Assembly (NCBI GenBank): GCA_024685975.1
Contig: JAIBDZ010000002.1
Location: 90,908 to 154,907 of the forward strand
Length of the DNA stretch: 64,000 nt
Direction of reading: 5' to 3'
Source of the DNA: Piscirickettsiaceae bacterium
GTDB lineage: Bacteria; Pseudomonadota; Gammaproteobacteria; Nitrosococcales; Methylophagaceae
Positions 9,823 to 18,852 of the stretch are shown here, piece after piece. Positions within the stretch are counted from its first letter, which is position 1; each line of letters starts with the position of its first letter. Both the position numbers and the translations under genes were made by a program. Below the pieces are notes generated by a model, which was not told the DNA's origin, searched no databases, and saw only the letters and a list, made by a program, of their open reading frames with translations.

Positions 9823-9855
9823 CAGTATTACCTGTCCGCATCCCAAACCTTTGGG

Positions 9856-10265
9856 GTGCGGATTAGTGACTATTTGCTCTCAATCACACTCATTAATATT
9901 ATTTTGGATATTTTTGATAACTTTATTATGTATCTCTTAGGTAAGCCCAGCCCTATCGTATGGGGAGCATCAACAGCCCTACACAACTTCATACCTTATT
10001 TTGGGCCGGCCATTAACCTAGCGGTAATCTCGTTTGTTTCATTGCTAACTTTCGATAATACTTATGCTGCCATGGCCCCACGTTAGTTTTACTTGACTTA
10101 AACATTTTAGAAGGCCAGATTATCCAGCCATTACTTGTTGGCCAAATCATAGCCGTCAACCTTATTATCATTTTTCTCTTTATTTTGGTTTGTGGTTCAT
10201 TATCGGTTGTAGCAGGCAATTTTATTGCTGTAGCTCATGCTAGTAATCATGAGAATAATCTTTAA
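9856..10265 (+). pseudogene. AI-2E family (PerM-like) transporter remnant, C-terminal half, frameshifted
   Basis: ...ALHNFIPYFGPAINLAVISFVSLL... then, after a frame change near 10085, ...LEGQIIQPLLVGQIIAVNLIIIFLFILVCGSL. The N-terminal half is missing. Confidence 0.55.
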
Positions 10266-10308
10266 TCAAAATAACCAAACTTAATTATCTGACCATAAGG
10301 AAAATAAC

Positions 10309-10740
10309 ATGAATATTTTTGATAGCCTACGTACCGATCACAATAAACAACGCTACTTACTCGATAGACTCATTGAAACCAGTGGTGATAGCACGGAACG
10401 CGACAATATTTTTCAAAAAATAAAGTCTGAATTATCTATACATGCCAATGCAGAAGAACGTTTCTTTTATGTTCCGCTATTTCAGCATGATTTAACCCAA
10501 GATATGTCACGCCATAGCGTCGCAGAACATCACGAATTAGATGAACTTGTTGAAACATTAGAGCAAACTGACTACAGTTCATCTGCCTGGTTAATAGAAG
10601 CTAAAAAATTGCATGATCGGGTTAACCATCATCTAGATGAAGAGGAGCAACAAATTTTTCAATTAGCCGGGAAAGTCTTATCAGATAAAGAAAAAGTAGA
10701 CCTGGCAAAAGACTATATGCAAGAAACACGAATTGGCTAA
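10309..10740 (+). CDS. hemerythrin (HHE cation-binding) domain protein
   Basis: His/Glu ligand pattern: DH near the N-terminus, HANAEE, HSVAEHHE, HHLDEEE. AAGGAA lies upstream of the ATG. Confidence 0.85.
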   Translation: MNIFDSLRTDHNKQRYLLDRLIETSGDSTERDNIFQKIKSELSIHANAEERFFYVPLFQHDLTQDMSRHSVAEHHELDELVETLEQTDYSSSAWLIEAKKLHDRVNHHLDEEEQQIFQLAGKVLSDKEKVDLAKDYMQETRIG

Positions 10741-10911
10741 TGAGCTGTTAGGTAACACTAGACATTTCTATCTATTAGGAGATAATTTTGACGGCAAGAA
10801 TGTAAATATAAAAGAATGTTCAGCTTTATTTGTTAACATAATAAATTTATAAAGAAGCTAACATACCAATGACAAAGAAAATGCCGTCAGCTGCCTTACT
10901 CAGCGTATTGA

Positions 10912-11169
10912 ATGCTAGATCAAGTTATTCTAATAGATAAAGTCAAAATGATGAAACGTAGTAACATTTTTAACCGATAAATCCATTTAATGCTAGAAAT
11001 CAAATCATGGTTAAAAATTCATACACCAAAACAAGTTTCTAATGACTTTTACATATCTTTAACACAAGATGTCATCGCCGATGCCATTGACCTGACCAAT
11101 GTGTTGATTAGCAATGCATTTGAAGAATTAGCGTCGAATGGCCTAATTACCCATAAAAAGAAATTTTAA
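10912..11169 (+). pseudogene. Crp/Fnr-family regulator remnant (C-terminal HTH part)
   Basis: A 59-aa open frame ends ...FYISLTQDVIADAIDLTNVLISNAFEELASNGLITHKKKF, resembling a Crp-type HTH. Upstream frames are interrupted by stops, and no cNMP-binding domain is present. Confidence 0.35.
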
Positions 11170-11319
11170 AGCCAGAAGAATTGAGACAAAAAATAGATTT
11201 TTCAGGTCCGTATTTTATATTTCGTGGTTTCGTGGTTAAGATAAGTAAAGCTAACCGATTCACTTCATAGTTTGCTCTTATCAATACGACATTAACAATA
11301 GAAAATTTACCCTCATCAA

Positions 11320-12711
11320 CTATTCTTTTGGTGCCTCGCTGCTCAACAAGTTCTCATTATTCCCTTCGAGGTATTCTTGAGTCACCTTATTTTCAATACT
11401 GTTATCCGACAAAATATCTGCACTAGCATCATCAATATCATTGCTGAGAGTATCATTAGTTACCACCTGTTCTTTTATAGTTTCTTTTGAGCTTGTTGTC
11501 GTCAATTCAGGTTCAGATGACATTTTAATCTGATAAATAGGCTCTGGCATTACAATATTAGCTTGATCGAAAGCCCGTTTAAGCCGTCTGATCGCCTCAC
11601 TTTGTACTTTAACAAAGCTGTAATGTGTCTGATCAACCCAACCATAGACTTGTAAAACAACATTAAAATCACCTAAAGCATCAATTAATATCATCGGTTT
11701 AGGCTCAGCTAATACGCCATCAATACTGCCGATGGTATCTAAAGCCAATTGCTGGGCATCTTGTAAATTCTGATCACTGGCAACTCCAATTTCGAAATCA
11801 AATCGCCTTTCAGGATTACGTGTGAAATTGATAATAACCGCCTTGAACACAATCGCATTAGGAATACGAATATGATTACCATCAGGCGAAATCAAAATTG
11901 TCGCACGTGTCGTTAAGCGTGCTACTGACCCCTCTTGGCCTTCTATACTTACAAAGTCATTCGCCTCAAAAGGGTTTCGCAAGCTCAATAAAATACTTGC
12001 AATATAATTTTCTACCGTATCTTTAACAGCAAAACCAATGGCCAAGCCGACAATACCTGCCGCACCGAGAATCGTGCCTAAAAGGCTGGTCGCATCTAAT
12101 ATAGAAAGGGCCAGGATCAAACCAATAACAATGAAAATGAAATGAAGGACTTGCCCAAACAAATTGGCAATAAAATTATTCGGAGCTACCGTTAAAAATA
12201 GACTTTGCCGATGAGATAACCACCTGCCAAACAACCAAAAAACGACGAAAACGATTAAACTGATGATCAATAAAGGTAAAACAGCCAATAATTGTTGCCC
12301 GATCTTACTCACTTTTGACCACACTGACTCAATACTCTGTTCTACATTTCGCGTCACAGTGAGTTCATTCTCGACCGCAACGACCCCGTCTATTTGTCCC
12401 GCTAATTTTAATGCTGTATTTTCATTGCGGGTCGAATGAATTTGACCTTTTAATGTCACCACTCCTTTATTAACTTTCGGTTCTATCAATTTCAAACCAT
12501 CAAGTTGCTGAAAAATCTCATTGATGCGTGAAAGAATTTTTTTATCTTTGGCACCGTCGTTCAGCCCGATAGTCTCATCGGTTGTTATCGTATTGTCTGA
12601 TGTCGGTTTAGCCGAAACAAGATCACGTAATTCATCAGCATTAAGCTGTGCACTCATCGACAAAGTACTGAGGCTCAACGCTAGCATAAAATTGATAAAA
12701 AGCTTAGTCAT
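11320..12711 (-). CDS. mechanosensitive ion channel (MscS family) with N-terminal periplasmic BON-like domain
   Basis: Signal peptide, then a BON-like segment (VNKGVVTLKGQIHSTRNENTALKLAGQIDGVVAVENEL), TM helices and an MscS core (DFVSIEGQEGSVARLTTRATIL...DGNHIRIPNA). Confidence 0.85.
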   Translation of the reverse strand: MTKLFINFMLALSLSTLSMSAQLNADELRDLVSAKPTSDNTITTDETIGLNDGAKDKKILSRINEIFQQLDGLKLIEPKVNKGVVTLKGQIHSTRNENTALKLAGQIDGVVAVENELTVTRNVEQSIESVWSKVSKIGQQLLAVLPLLIISLIVFVVFWLFGRWLSHRQSLFLTVAPNNFIANLFGQVLHFIFIVIGLILALSILDATSLLGTILGAAGIVGLAIGFAVKDTVENYIASILLSLRNPFEANDFVSIEGQEGSVARLTTRATILISPDGNHIRIPNAIVFKAVIINFTRNPERRFDFEIGVASDQNLQDAQQLALDTIGSIDGVLAEPKPMILIDALGDFNVVLQVYGWVDQTHYSFVKVQSEAIRRLKRAFDQANIVMPEPIYQIKMSSEPELTTTSSKETIKEQVVTNDTLSNDIDDASADILSDNSIENKVTQEYLEGNNENLLSSEAPKE

Positions 12712-12798
12712 GGTTTGATCCGGTAGAGTTTAAAAATGAAGGCAAAAAATAAGTTTTTCAGATCGTTATTTTAAAATATCGAATCAAACAGTTTGATG

Positions 12799-13262
12799 TC
12801 AAATATCAGGCAAGTCTCTAATAATATCTTGATATTTTTGTTCTGTTTCATGCTGATCTTTTTCGGCATTAACCATTCGATTCGATACACTGATAATGAC
12901 TTCATCCTGATCTTTAATCACAACCAGTTTAGACAAAGTATACAATGTCATCAATAACTTAATAATTACAGCATTATCTGACTTACCATGCTGTCGTAGT
13001 AGAAAAAGAGACCCCAGCAACACCTAATATTGATGTGGCACATACCCCCAATATGGTGCGTATGTTATCGGGATTTGTGTAATGTAAAAAAGACAGGATA
13101 AAAGTCATAACCTTTAGGAACCAAGGCCATATCCAAATAGTAATTTAACCAAGCTAAGCCGACCGAAAACATTAGGAATAAAAGAGGTATCATCCAAAAA
13201 TTCATACTGAGAGAATCAAACAAACTAAGTAACCGTGTTTCAATGCTCTCTACCTCTGCGTG
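12799..13262 (-). pseudogene. DUF2254-like membrane protein remnant (frameshifted, internally deleted)
   Basis: The minus strand reads ...MNFWMIPLLFLMFSVGLAWLNYYLD..., then in another frame ...ILGVAGVSFSTTTA..., then the 74-aa tail ORF. This resembles the N-terminal WFIP and GVVFSIT segments I recall for DUF2254. Confidence 0.3.
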
Positions 13263-13307
13263 AGATCACAAAGCCCTATCGTAAATAGAACAACATCAAT
13301 AATGCTG

Positions 13308-14165
13308 TTATTTTGATTCGGTTACCAGTGGCTGATTAAATGTCAGAGTACGATATGGGAATGGGATTTCTATACCCGCACTATCTAACGCTGATTTAAT
13401 TTCTGTGACAACCTCATCACGAGACTTTCTAACATCTAGCGGTTTAGAACCCGTCCACCAAGTCACTTCAAAATTAATTGAAGAATCAGCAAATTCTTGA
13501 GCAAATATTTCTATTGGGTGTTTACCTTGGATAACCGTTTCACAACTTTCAACGGCCTCTTGAATAACCGAACGTGCCTGAGCAATATCTTCAGCATACG
13601 CAACGCCACAAATAATAGTCGTTCTACGTTGTTCTAAATCAGTTGTGATTGTTAATGGGTTTTTAAATAAAATACTATTTGGAATGATCACTAACTGACC
13701 ATCCGTTTGACGAACATGTGTTTCGCGTATAGAAATAGCTTCTACTTTTCCTTCATAGTTTTCACATTCGATAAAATCATCAATTCGCATTTCACGACGT
13801 AATAAAATGATAATGCCGGCTAAGAAGTTTTCAAAAATGTCTTTAAATGCAAAACCAATTGCCACTGAACCAATACCTAATCCTGCTAACATTTTAGTCG
13901 GTGTCAAATCAGGAAAAGCAATGATGGCGGCAACCATAAACCCGATAATCCAAATCGCAAGGGATGACAGTAGCACGAACAGACTGATCAAACTTGGTCT
14001 TAGATCCGTATGCCTAAAAAGCCTTCTGGTAATGCGCCTCGTTAGCTGGGCTATAAAGTATGTCACCACAATAACGAGCAATGAGATCAATAGTTGAGGT
14101 AGGACTTGTAAAAACCCTCTGGCCATGTTCTCAAGTTGTTCAATAAAAATATTTAAAGGTGTCAT
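13308..14165 (-). CDS. small-conductance mechanosensitive channel (MscS family)
   Basis: 285 aa with three N-terminal TM helices and an MscS beta-domain (DDFIECENYEGKVEAISIRETHVRQTDGQLVIIPNS). Confidence 0.9.
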   Translation of the reverse strand: MTPLNIFIEQLENMARGFLQVLPQLLISLLVIVVTYFIAQLTRRITRRLFRHTDLRPSLISLFVLLSSLAIWIIGFMVAAIIAFPDLTPTKMLAGLGIGSVAIGFAFKDIFENFLAGIIILLRREMRIDDFIECENYEGKVEAISIRETHVRQTDGQLVIIPNSILFKNPLTITTDLEQRRTTIICGVAYAEDIAQARSVIQEAVESCETVIQGKHPIEIFAQEFADSSINFEVTWWTGSKPLDVRKSRDEVVTEIKSALDSAGIEIPFPYRTLTFNQPLVTESK

Positions 14166-14527
14166 AAAAATACTCTAATAATGAGAGTTTTCGAATATTA
14201 CAAAAATGAAAAACAACTTACCTTAAAACCATCAACTGTATGACAGATATATTCCGCTGTGAAAGAATATGTTGTCGGTTCAACATTATATAAGGCTTAT
14301 CTCTTAATACAGTCTGTTAACATTCTTAGCACTTTCTCAAAAAAGCGGTAGTCGACTCAAACTAGGTATTAATTAATGACTAAAAAGTTGAAGTTATAGT
14401 TTTCTCTAACACAGAAGAATGAGCTAAAACTATCCTACCCGATGAAAAATGGCGTTAACAAGTTTAAGAGAAAACATCTAACAAAGTCATTAATATCAGC
14501 GGGATTCTATGATCTTAAAGCATACCA

Positions 14528-14686
14528 TTATTTCTTAGCAATAATGTAAACAGCGTGAACAACGCCAGGTATATAACCAAGAATCGTTAACAAAATATTG
14601 AGCCAGAAATGTTTACCTATCCCAACTTGCAAGAAGACACCTAAGGGCGGCACTATAATTGATAGTATTATACGAATTAAATCCAT
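14528..14686 (-). CDS. Pmp3/YqaE-family small membrane proteolipid (52 aa)
   Basis: Not in the ORF track because it is under 60 aa. It reads MDLIRIILSIIVPPLGVFLQVGIGKHFWLNILLTILGYIPGVVHAVYIIAKK, which matches the UPF0057/Pmp3 pattern. Confidence 0.8.
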   Translation of the reverse strand: MDLIRIILSIIVPPLGVFLQVGIGKHFWLNILLTILGYIPGVVHAVYIIAKK

Positions 14687-14903
14687 GTTGCTTATTCCTT
14701 ATAACTAGTTCTTTAGGAGCATTAATAACTAATACCTTGAACATGGTGATTTGCTACAATTTCTATCCTAAATAGGCCCCGCTAGCAAACAATTCAGCAA
14801 CTGACATATCTTCTGGGAGGTCATCAGGATAGATTGTGATTAACTCATCTTTCCTTCTAATTAGCATACCAACATCATAAACTACTTTTCAAAATTAGGT
14901 AAG

Positions 14904-15179
14904 CTAATCTATTCGCTCACTAAACTGAACAATCCTTGGCCATCGATTATGGATGTTTGCATCTTCTAGCTCTGGTTCAATTGTTACAACACAGGTACAT
15001 TGTTCATTATTATTCCTAGTCAAAAGTCTTTGTATAAATTGTTCTTTGTTCAATTCATGCCAATGGCTATTACTTTCGAAACCTTTTTCCATAAAACTCA
15101 GAGCAGGAATTTTAATAGGTGTTGGAAAATATTGTCTTAAAACATCACCTTTATGTTCATAATAGCCCCCACCGCACAT
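14904..15179 (-). CDS. hypothetical protein (91 aa), start overlaps the stop of the umuC-like remnant (TAATG)
   Basis: Open frame only, with no family recognised. A further 34-aa frame downstream (14780-14884) may be a decayed continuation. Confidence 0.3.
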   Translation of the reverse strand: MCGGGYYEHKGDVLRQYFPTPIKIPALSFMEKGFESNSHWHELNKEQFIQRLLTRNNNEQCTCVVTIEPELEDANIHNRWPRIVQFSERID

Positions 15180-15637
15180 TAGACTGTTTTCTTATGCCCT
15201 GTAGGCTTACAAGCTGGGGCAATTACATCAGGCATATCACTTCTTCTCATTAGCCTTGTTGACGAAAGAGTAAACTCTCCGTAACGATTATTAATAGCAT
15301 CAATGGTTTCATTATATCACCACATTTGTATACACCATATTGAGCTAGAAACTTAGCAGCCCCTTTATTGATACTGTTTAATTCTGTGATGGCTGACTAG
15401 ACAATAGTTGCTCTGATTAATTTGGTGCCAAAATTGTCAAACCATCTAGCTTATGCAGCTTGGCGACATATTTACCCACGGTCTTATTTTCACTCATACC
15501 AATGCTACATATCAGGCCAGAAACATTACTAATTGCGTATTGAATCTATTTGCTCATCTCATCTGGTGTTCCCTAGAGATTTTGACATCGGGTCAAATCT
15601 AGGAAAGCTTCATCAACACTGTAAACTTCGACATCTG
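15179..15637 (-). pseudogene. Y-family DNA polymerase (UmuC/DinB-like) remnant
   Basis: The minus strand begins right at the repeat border with DVEVYSVDEAFLDLT. Fragments follow: ...GLICSIGMSENKTVGKYVAKL... and ...ETIDAINNRYGEFTL..., with several stops and deletions. About 0.46 kb survives of the roughly 1.2-1.3 kb typical of this family. Confidence 0.6.
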
Positions 15638-15675
15638 GCCTTAGTAAATTAATCTAGCTAAGGCTTTTTTATTGG
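15638..15675 (+). repeat. right copy of the 38-bp direct repeat (orphan copy of the tRNA-Asn terminator hairpin)
   Basis: GCCTTAGTAAATTAATCTAGCTAAGGCTTTTTTATTGG matches 8284-8321 at 37 of 38 positions. Confidence 0.85.
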
Positions 15676-15911
15676 AGTTTGCTTCAACTCTCTTTATACC
15701 TATCCCCTCCACATCATCGCTCCTTCTTAGTAAGTAAAACTGCCCCCTTAATTCAATATTATTAGTCTTATATATCGTTAAACAGTTCTCAAAACTATAA
15801 CAAAATCCAACAAATAGCGGTAATACCTCACTTTTATTATCAACTAACTATTCTCTCTATGGCAAAGATTCGTTACTATCATGCTGTATTCGACGCGATA
15901 GGATGAGGTAG

Positions 15912-16784
15912 ATGATACAACTGACATTAACGGAACAAGTCAACGCTGTAACTAAAACGCTGACTGAAGACATTAAGAATAATAAACTCGACCTGCCATC
16001 TCCCCCCGATCTATTGATCGAGCTAAGACGTTTAGGTAATGATCCAGATTCTACGTCTACTGACATCGCAGAGTTAGTGAAGCATGATGTCAATATTGCT
16101 GGGCGTCTGATCAAAATTGCTAATTGTGCATTATTTTCCTCAAGAACACCCGTTAGCTCTGTTCAATCTGCTATTACGCGTCTAGGCCTAAAAAAGGTTC
16201 AGTCTTTGATTACAGGCTTAGTCTTAGGCCAACAAATCATGCGAAATAAAACCAAAGGGCTGGAGCATTTTTGCCAACAAGCTTGGCAAGACAGTAATGA
16301 TATTGCCGCATTAAGTTATATCCTCGCTCAAAAGAAAAGCACAGTCGATCCAGAACAAGCCTTATTAGCAGGTATCACCCATAATATTGGTGCCCTCCCC
16401 CTTATCCTTAAACTCAATACAGTTGAAGCCTTAAGGAATGATCCTAAGGTCATGACAATGGTCGCTGATGTGGTTATTCCCAAACTGTATCGTAAAGCTG
16501 GTCATTTGATTCTACAAAGTTGGCACTTTTCGCCTGAGATTATCCACGTCGCCATGGAACACAACCAATTAAGTAGAGATACACAAAATGAAGTCGATAC
16601 CGTTGATATCGTCCTCATCGCTTATCATTTACATCAACTCCCCCAATACGACCGTGAAAACGAACCGTTATTAAGCCGTAGCCCCGCCTTTAAAAAGCTT
16701 TGGCCAGATTGGCAAACAGCCGTTGAAGAACTCGAACTTTTCGCAAGCGAGATCGAACAAATGAAATCAGATATGCGGAGTTAA
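15912..16784 (+). CDS. HDOD domain signalling protein
   Basis: LPSPPDLLIELRRLGNDPDSTSTDIAELVKHDVNIAGRLIKIANCALFSS...SVQSAITRLGLKKV and GITHNIGALPL are HDOD hallmarks. Confidence 0.88.
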   Translation: MIQLTLTEQVNAVTKTLTEDIKNNKLDLPSPPDLLIELRRLGNDPDSTSTDIAELVKHDVNIAGRLIKIANCALFSSRTPVSSVQSAITRLGLKKVQSLITGLVLGQQIMRNKTKGLEHFCQQAWQDSNDIAALSYILAQKKSTVDPEQALLAGITHNIGALPLILKLNTVEALRNDPKVMTMVADVVIPKLYRKAGHLILQSWHFSPEIIHVAMEHNQLSRDTQNEVDTVDIVLIAYHLHQLPQYDRENEPLLSRSPAFKKLWPDWQTAVEELELFASEIEQMKSDMRS

Positions 16785-16837
16785 CTAATACAATCAAAAA
16801 CTTAAGTTATAAATTGTCATATTAATGTAAATTAAGC

Positions 16838-16866
16838 TTGCCCAAGGCGATATCAATCCGTATAAT
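16838..16866 (+). promoter_or_regulatory. sigma70 promoter for tRNA-Thr
   Basis: TTGCCC (16838-16843), 17-nt spacer, TATAAT (16861-16866), 13 nt before the tRNA. Confidence 0.5.
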
Positions 16867-16879
16867 TTCGCAGCTTAAA

Positions 16880-16955
16880 GCCGGTATAGCTCAGTTGGTA
16901 GAGCAATTGATTTGTAATCAATGGGTCGTAGGTTCAAGTCCTATTACCGGCTCCA
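16880..16955 (+). tRNA. tRNA-Thr (anticodon UGU)
   Basis: 76-nt cloverleaf: acceptor GCCGGTA/TACCGGC, anticodon stem ATTGA/TCAAT with loop TTTGTAA, T-loop GGTTCAAGTCC, encoded CCA. Confidence 0.92.
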
Positions 16956-16962
16956 TATATCA

Positions 16963-16997
16963 AAGCCCTAGTGCATCATGCACTAGGGCTTTTTTAT
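16963..16997 (+). terminator. rho-independent terminator of tRNA-Thr
   Basis: Stem AAGCCCTAGTGCA/TGCACTAGGGCTT with a 3-nt loop, followed by TTTTTT. Confidence 0.85.
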
Positions 16998-17128
16998 TAT
17001 CTATACTTATTCATTCTGTGACCCTTTCCAATAAATAAAAATCCATTGCTTGCCCACGCCTCGCCTTTCGGTGATGATAGATAAAAGACAATATTTCGAC
17101 GCCAAACGAAGAAAAATGGAGTTTAGGC

Positions 17129-18835
17129 GTGCTGACACAAGGAATTGCTATCATGCATTTTATTGACAATCTATCGACTCAAAAGAAGATTTTTTTTCTT
17201 GTTATTACTTTGCTACTCATGCAAATGATGACCTCCGGTTTTGGCGCCTTTAAGATCCAAATGATCAGTGAAGAATTTAATAATATTCAGCAAGAGGCCA
17301 TGCCTTTAACTGAATTAAACGCTGATATCACCATCAAGCAATTAGAATCAGAGATATTAGTCGAAAGATTATTTCGCATTGCAAATATTGCAAGTTCAAA
17401 AGAAACCATTCCAAGTTTACATCAACAAATTCTCACGCTGTCTTCAGACATCGATCAGGAAATTATTCAAGCAGAAAATATTCTTCACGATGCTTTAAAG
17501 CACCCATTAACTGAAGCTTTAAAAACAGAGATGACAGAATTAGAAACGCTACAATTAGCCATCGAGAAAGAACATCAACAATTCGACGTCACTGTTGAGC
17601 AATTAATTACCTCTATCGAACAAGGCCAGCAGATCAGCCAGCAGCAAATTCTTGATTTTGAACAATCAGAACAACGTATTAATCAGCATTTAAAAGACAT
17701 GCTTGTCAATATAGAAGTCATGGCCGAACATACCATTGAAAAAGTCCACCAAGATGAAATCTCTGCTTTATATAACCTGATTATCTTCGCCGTCTTATCT
17801 TTACTCATCGGCTTGTTATTGTCCCAGCAACTCGCTAAACGCATTACTGCGCCGATTTATGCCTTTATGGATACCTTGACCAATATGTCAAAAGATAATG
17901 ACTTAACACATCGTATGAATGACACTCGCCAAGATGAAATGGGCCAACTTGCCGGCACTTTCAACCAATTTATTCAAAAGCTACAAGTTTTGGTTCAAAA
18001 TATTACTACCGCATCTCATCAATTGGCTTCAGCTGCAGAAGAAACCTCAACAGTGATTCATATGACCAGCAAGGATATTGATGAGCAAAAAAATGGCACC
18101 ATTCAAGTGGCTTCTGCCATTAATGAAATGGCTGCCAGCGTGCAAGAAGTCGCATTTAATACCGAGCAAGCGTCCAATGCTGCCAATAATGGTGGCCAGA
18201 ATTCCGATAATGGTAAAGTCACCGTGCAAGATATGGTTCACGCGATTGATGATTTAGCACAAGAAATTACCCGCTCATCTGATGTCATTACCCATGTTAA
18301 AACCAGTAGCGAAAATATTGGTAGCGTCTTAGATGTTATTAAAAATATTGCAGAGCAAACTAATTTGTTAGCACTTAATGCTGCTATTGAAGCTGCACGT
18401 GCAGGAGAGCAAGGCCGCGGCTTTGCTGTTGTTGCTGATGAAGTACGCTCACTTGCACAAAAAACACAAGGTTCAACCCATCAAATCGAAGCATTAATCA
18501 CCGATTTACAACAAGAATCAGACAATGCTGTCACCTCGATGAAAAACAACCGAATGGGTATAACAACACTCATTGAAAAAGCTGACTCTGCCACAGAATC
18601 ACTCAATGCGATTACCGACTCAGTGCACGCCATATCTGAAATGAATATTCACATCGCCAGCGCAGCAGAACAACAAAGCCATGTCGTTGCCGATATCAAT
18701 AAAAATATCAGCACGATTCAAGAAGTATCAGAAAATACAGCCGTTGGTAGCAAACAAATTGCCTCAGCTAGCCAAGAAATTGCCCAGTTAAGTGAAGATT
18801 TAAGAGCGATGGTGCAGCAATTCAAAGCCGCATAA
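17129..18835 (+). CDS. methyl-accepting chemotaxis protein
   Basis: Two TM segments, a HAMP region, and the conserved signalling domain [37 protein letters not shown]. The start is either GTG 17129 (GGAG upstream) or ATG 17153. Confidence 0.92.
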   Translation: MLTQGIAIMHFIDNLSTQKKIFFLVITLLLMQMMTSGFGAFKIQMISEEFNNIQQEAMPLTELNADITIKQLESEILVERLFRIANIASSKETIPSLHQQILTLSSDIDQEIIQAENILHDALKHPLTEALKTEMTELETLQLAIEKEHQQFDVTVEQLITSIEQGQQISQQQILDFEQSEQRINQHLKDMLVNIEVMAEHTIEKVHQDEISALYNLIIFAVLSLLIGLLLSQQLAKRITAPIYAFMDTLTNMSKDNDLTHRMNDTRQDEMGQLAGTFNQFIQKLQVLVQNITTASHQLASAAEETSTVIHMTSKDIDEQKNGTIQVASAINEMAASVQEVAFNTEQASNAANNGGQNSDNGKVTVQDMVHAIDDLAQEITRSSDVITHVKTSSENIGSVLDVIKNIAEQTNLLALNAAIEAARAGEQGRGFAVVADEVRSLAQKTQGSTHQIEALITDLQQESDNAVTSMKNNRMGITTLIEKADSATESLNAITDSVHAISEMNIHIASAAEQQSHVVADINKNISTIQEVSENTAVGSKQIASASQEIAQLSEDLRAMVQQFKAA

Positions 18836-18852
18836 ATGATGCTAGGTTAGTT

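Larger units (their letters stand above)
8284..15675. mobile_element. decayed tRNA-Asn-adjacent genomic islet bounded by 38-bp direct repeats
   Basis: Direct repeats GCCTTAG[C/T]AAATTAATCTAGCTAAGGCTTTTTTATTGG at both ends. An integrase remnant sits at the tRNA-proximal end and several gene fragments lie inside. Confidence 0.6.

Noticed and set aside
11219-11236. The short direct repeat TTTCGTGGT x2, and its resemblance to GTTTCGTGAATTTTTCGT just inside the left islet border (8322-8340)
   Set aside because: It is too short and AT-rich to distinguish from chance, and there is no consistent spacing or partner element.
14904-15179. The N-terminal MCGGG of the 91-aa ORF as an SOS-response-associated peptidase (SRAP/YedK, MCGR start)
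   Set aside because: Only the first three residues resemble SRAP. The rest of the sequence and the 91-aa length do not fit, so it is kept as hypothetical.
15857-16114. 85-aa minus-strand ORF overlapping the HDOD gene start
   Set aside because: It is antisense to a well-supported HDOD coding sequence, Ser-rich and low-complexity, with no RBS.
16838-17038. 66-aa ORF spanning the tRNA-Thr region
   Set aside because: It is fully explained by the tRNA-Thr gene, its promoter and its terminator.
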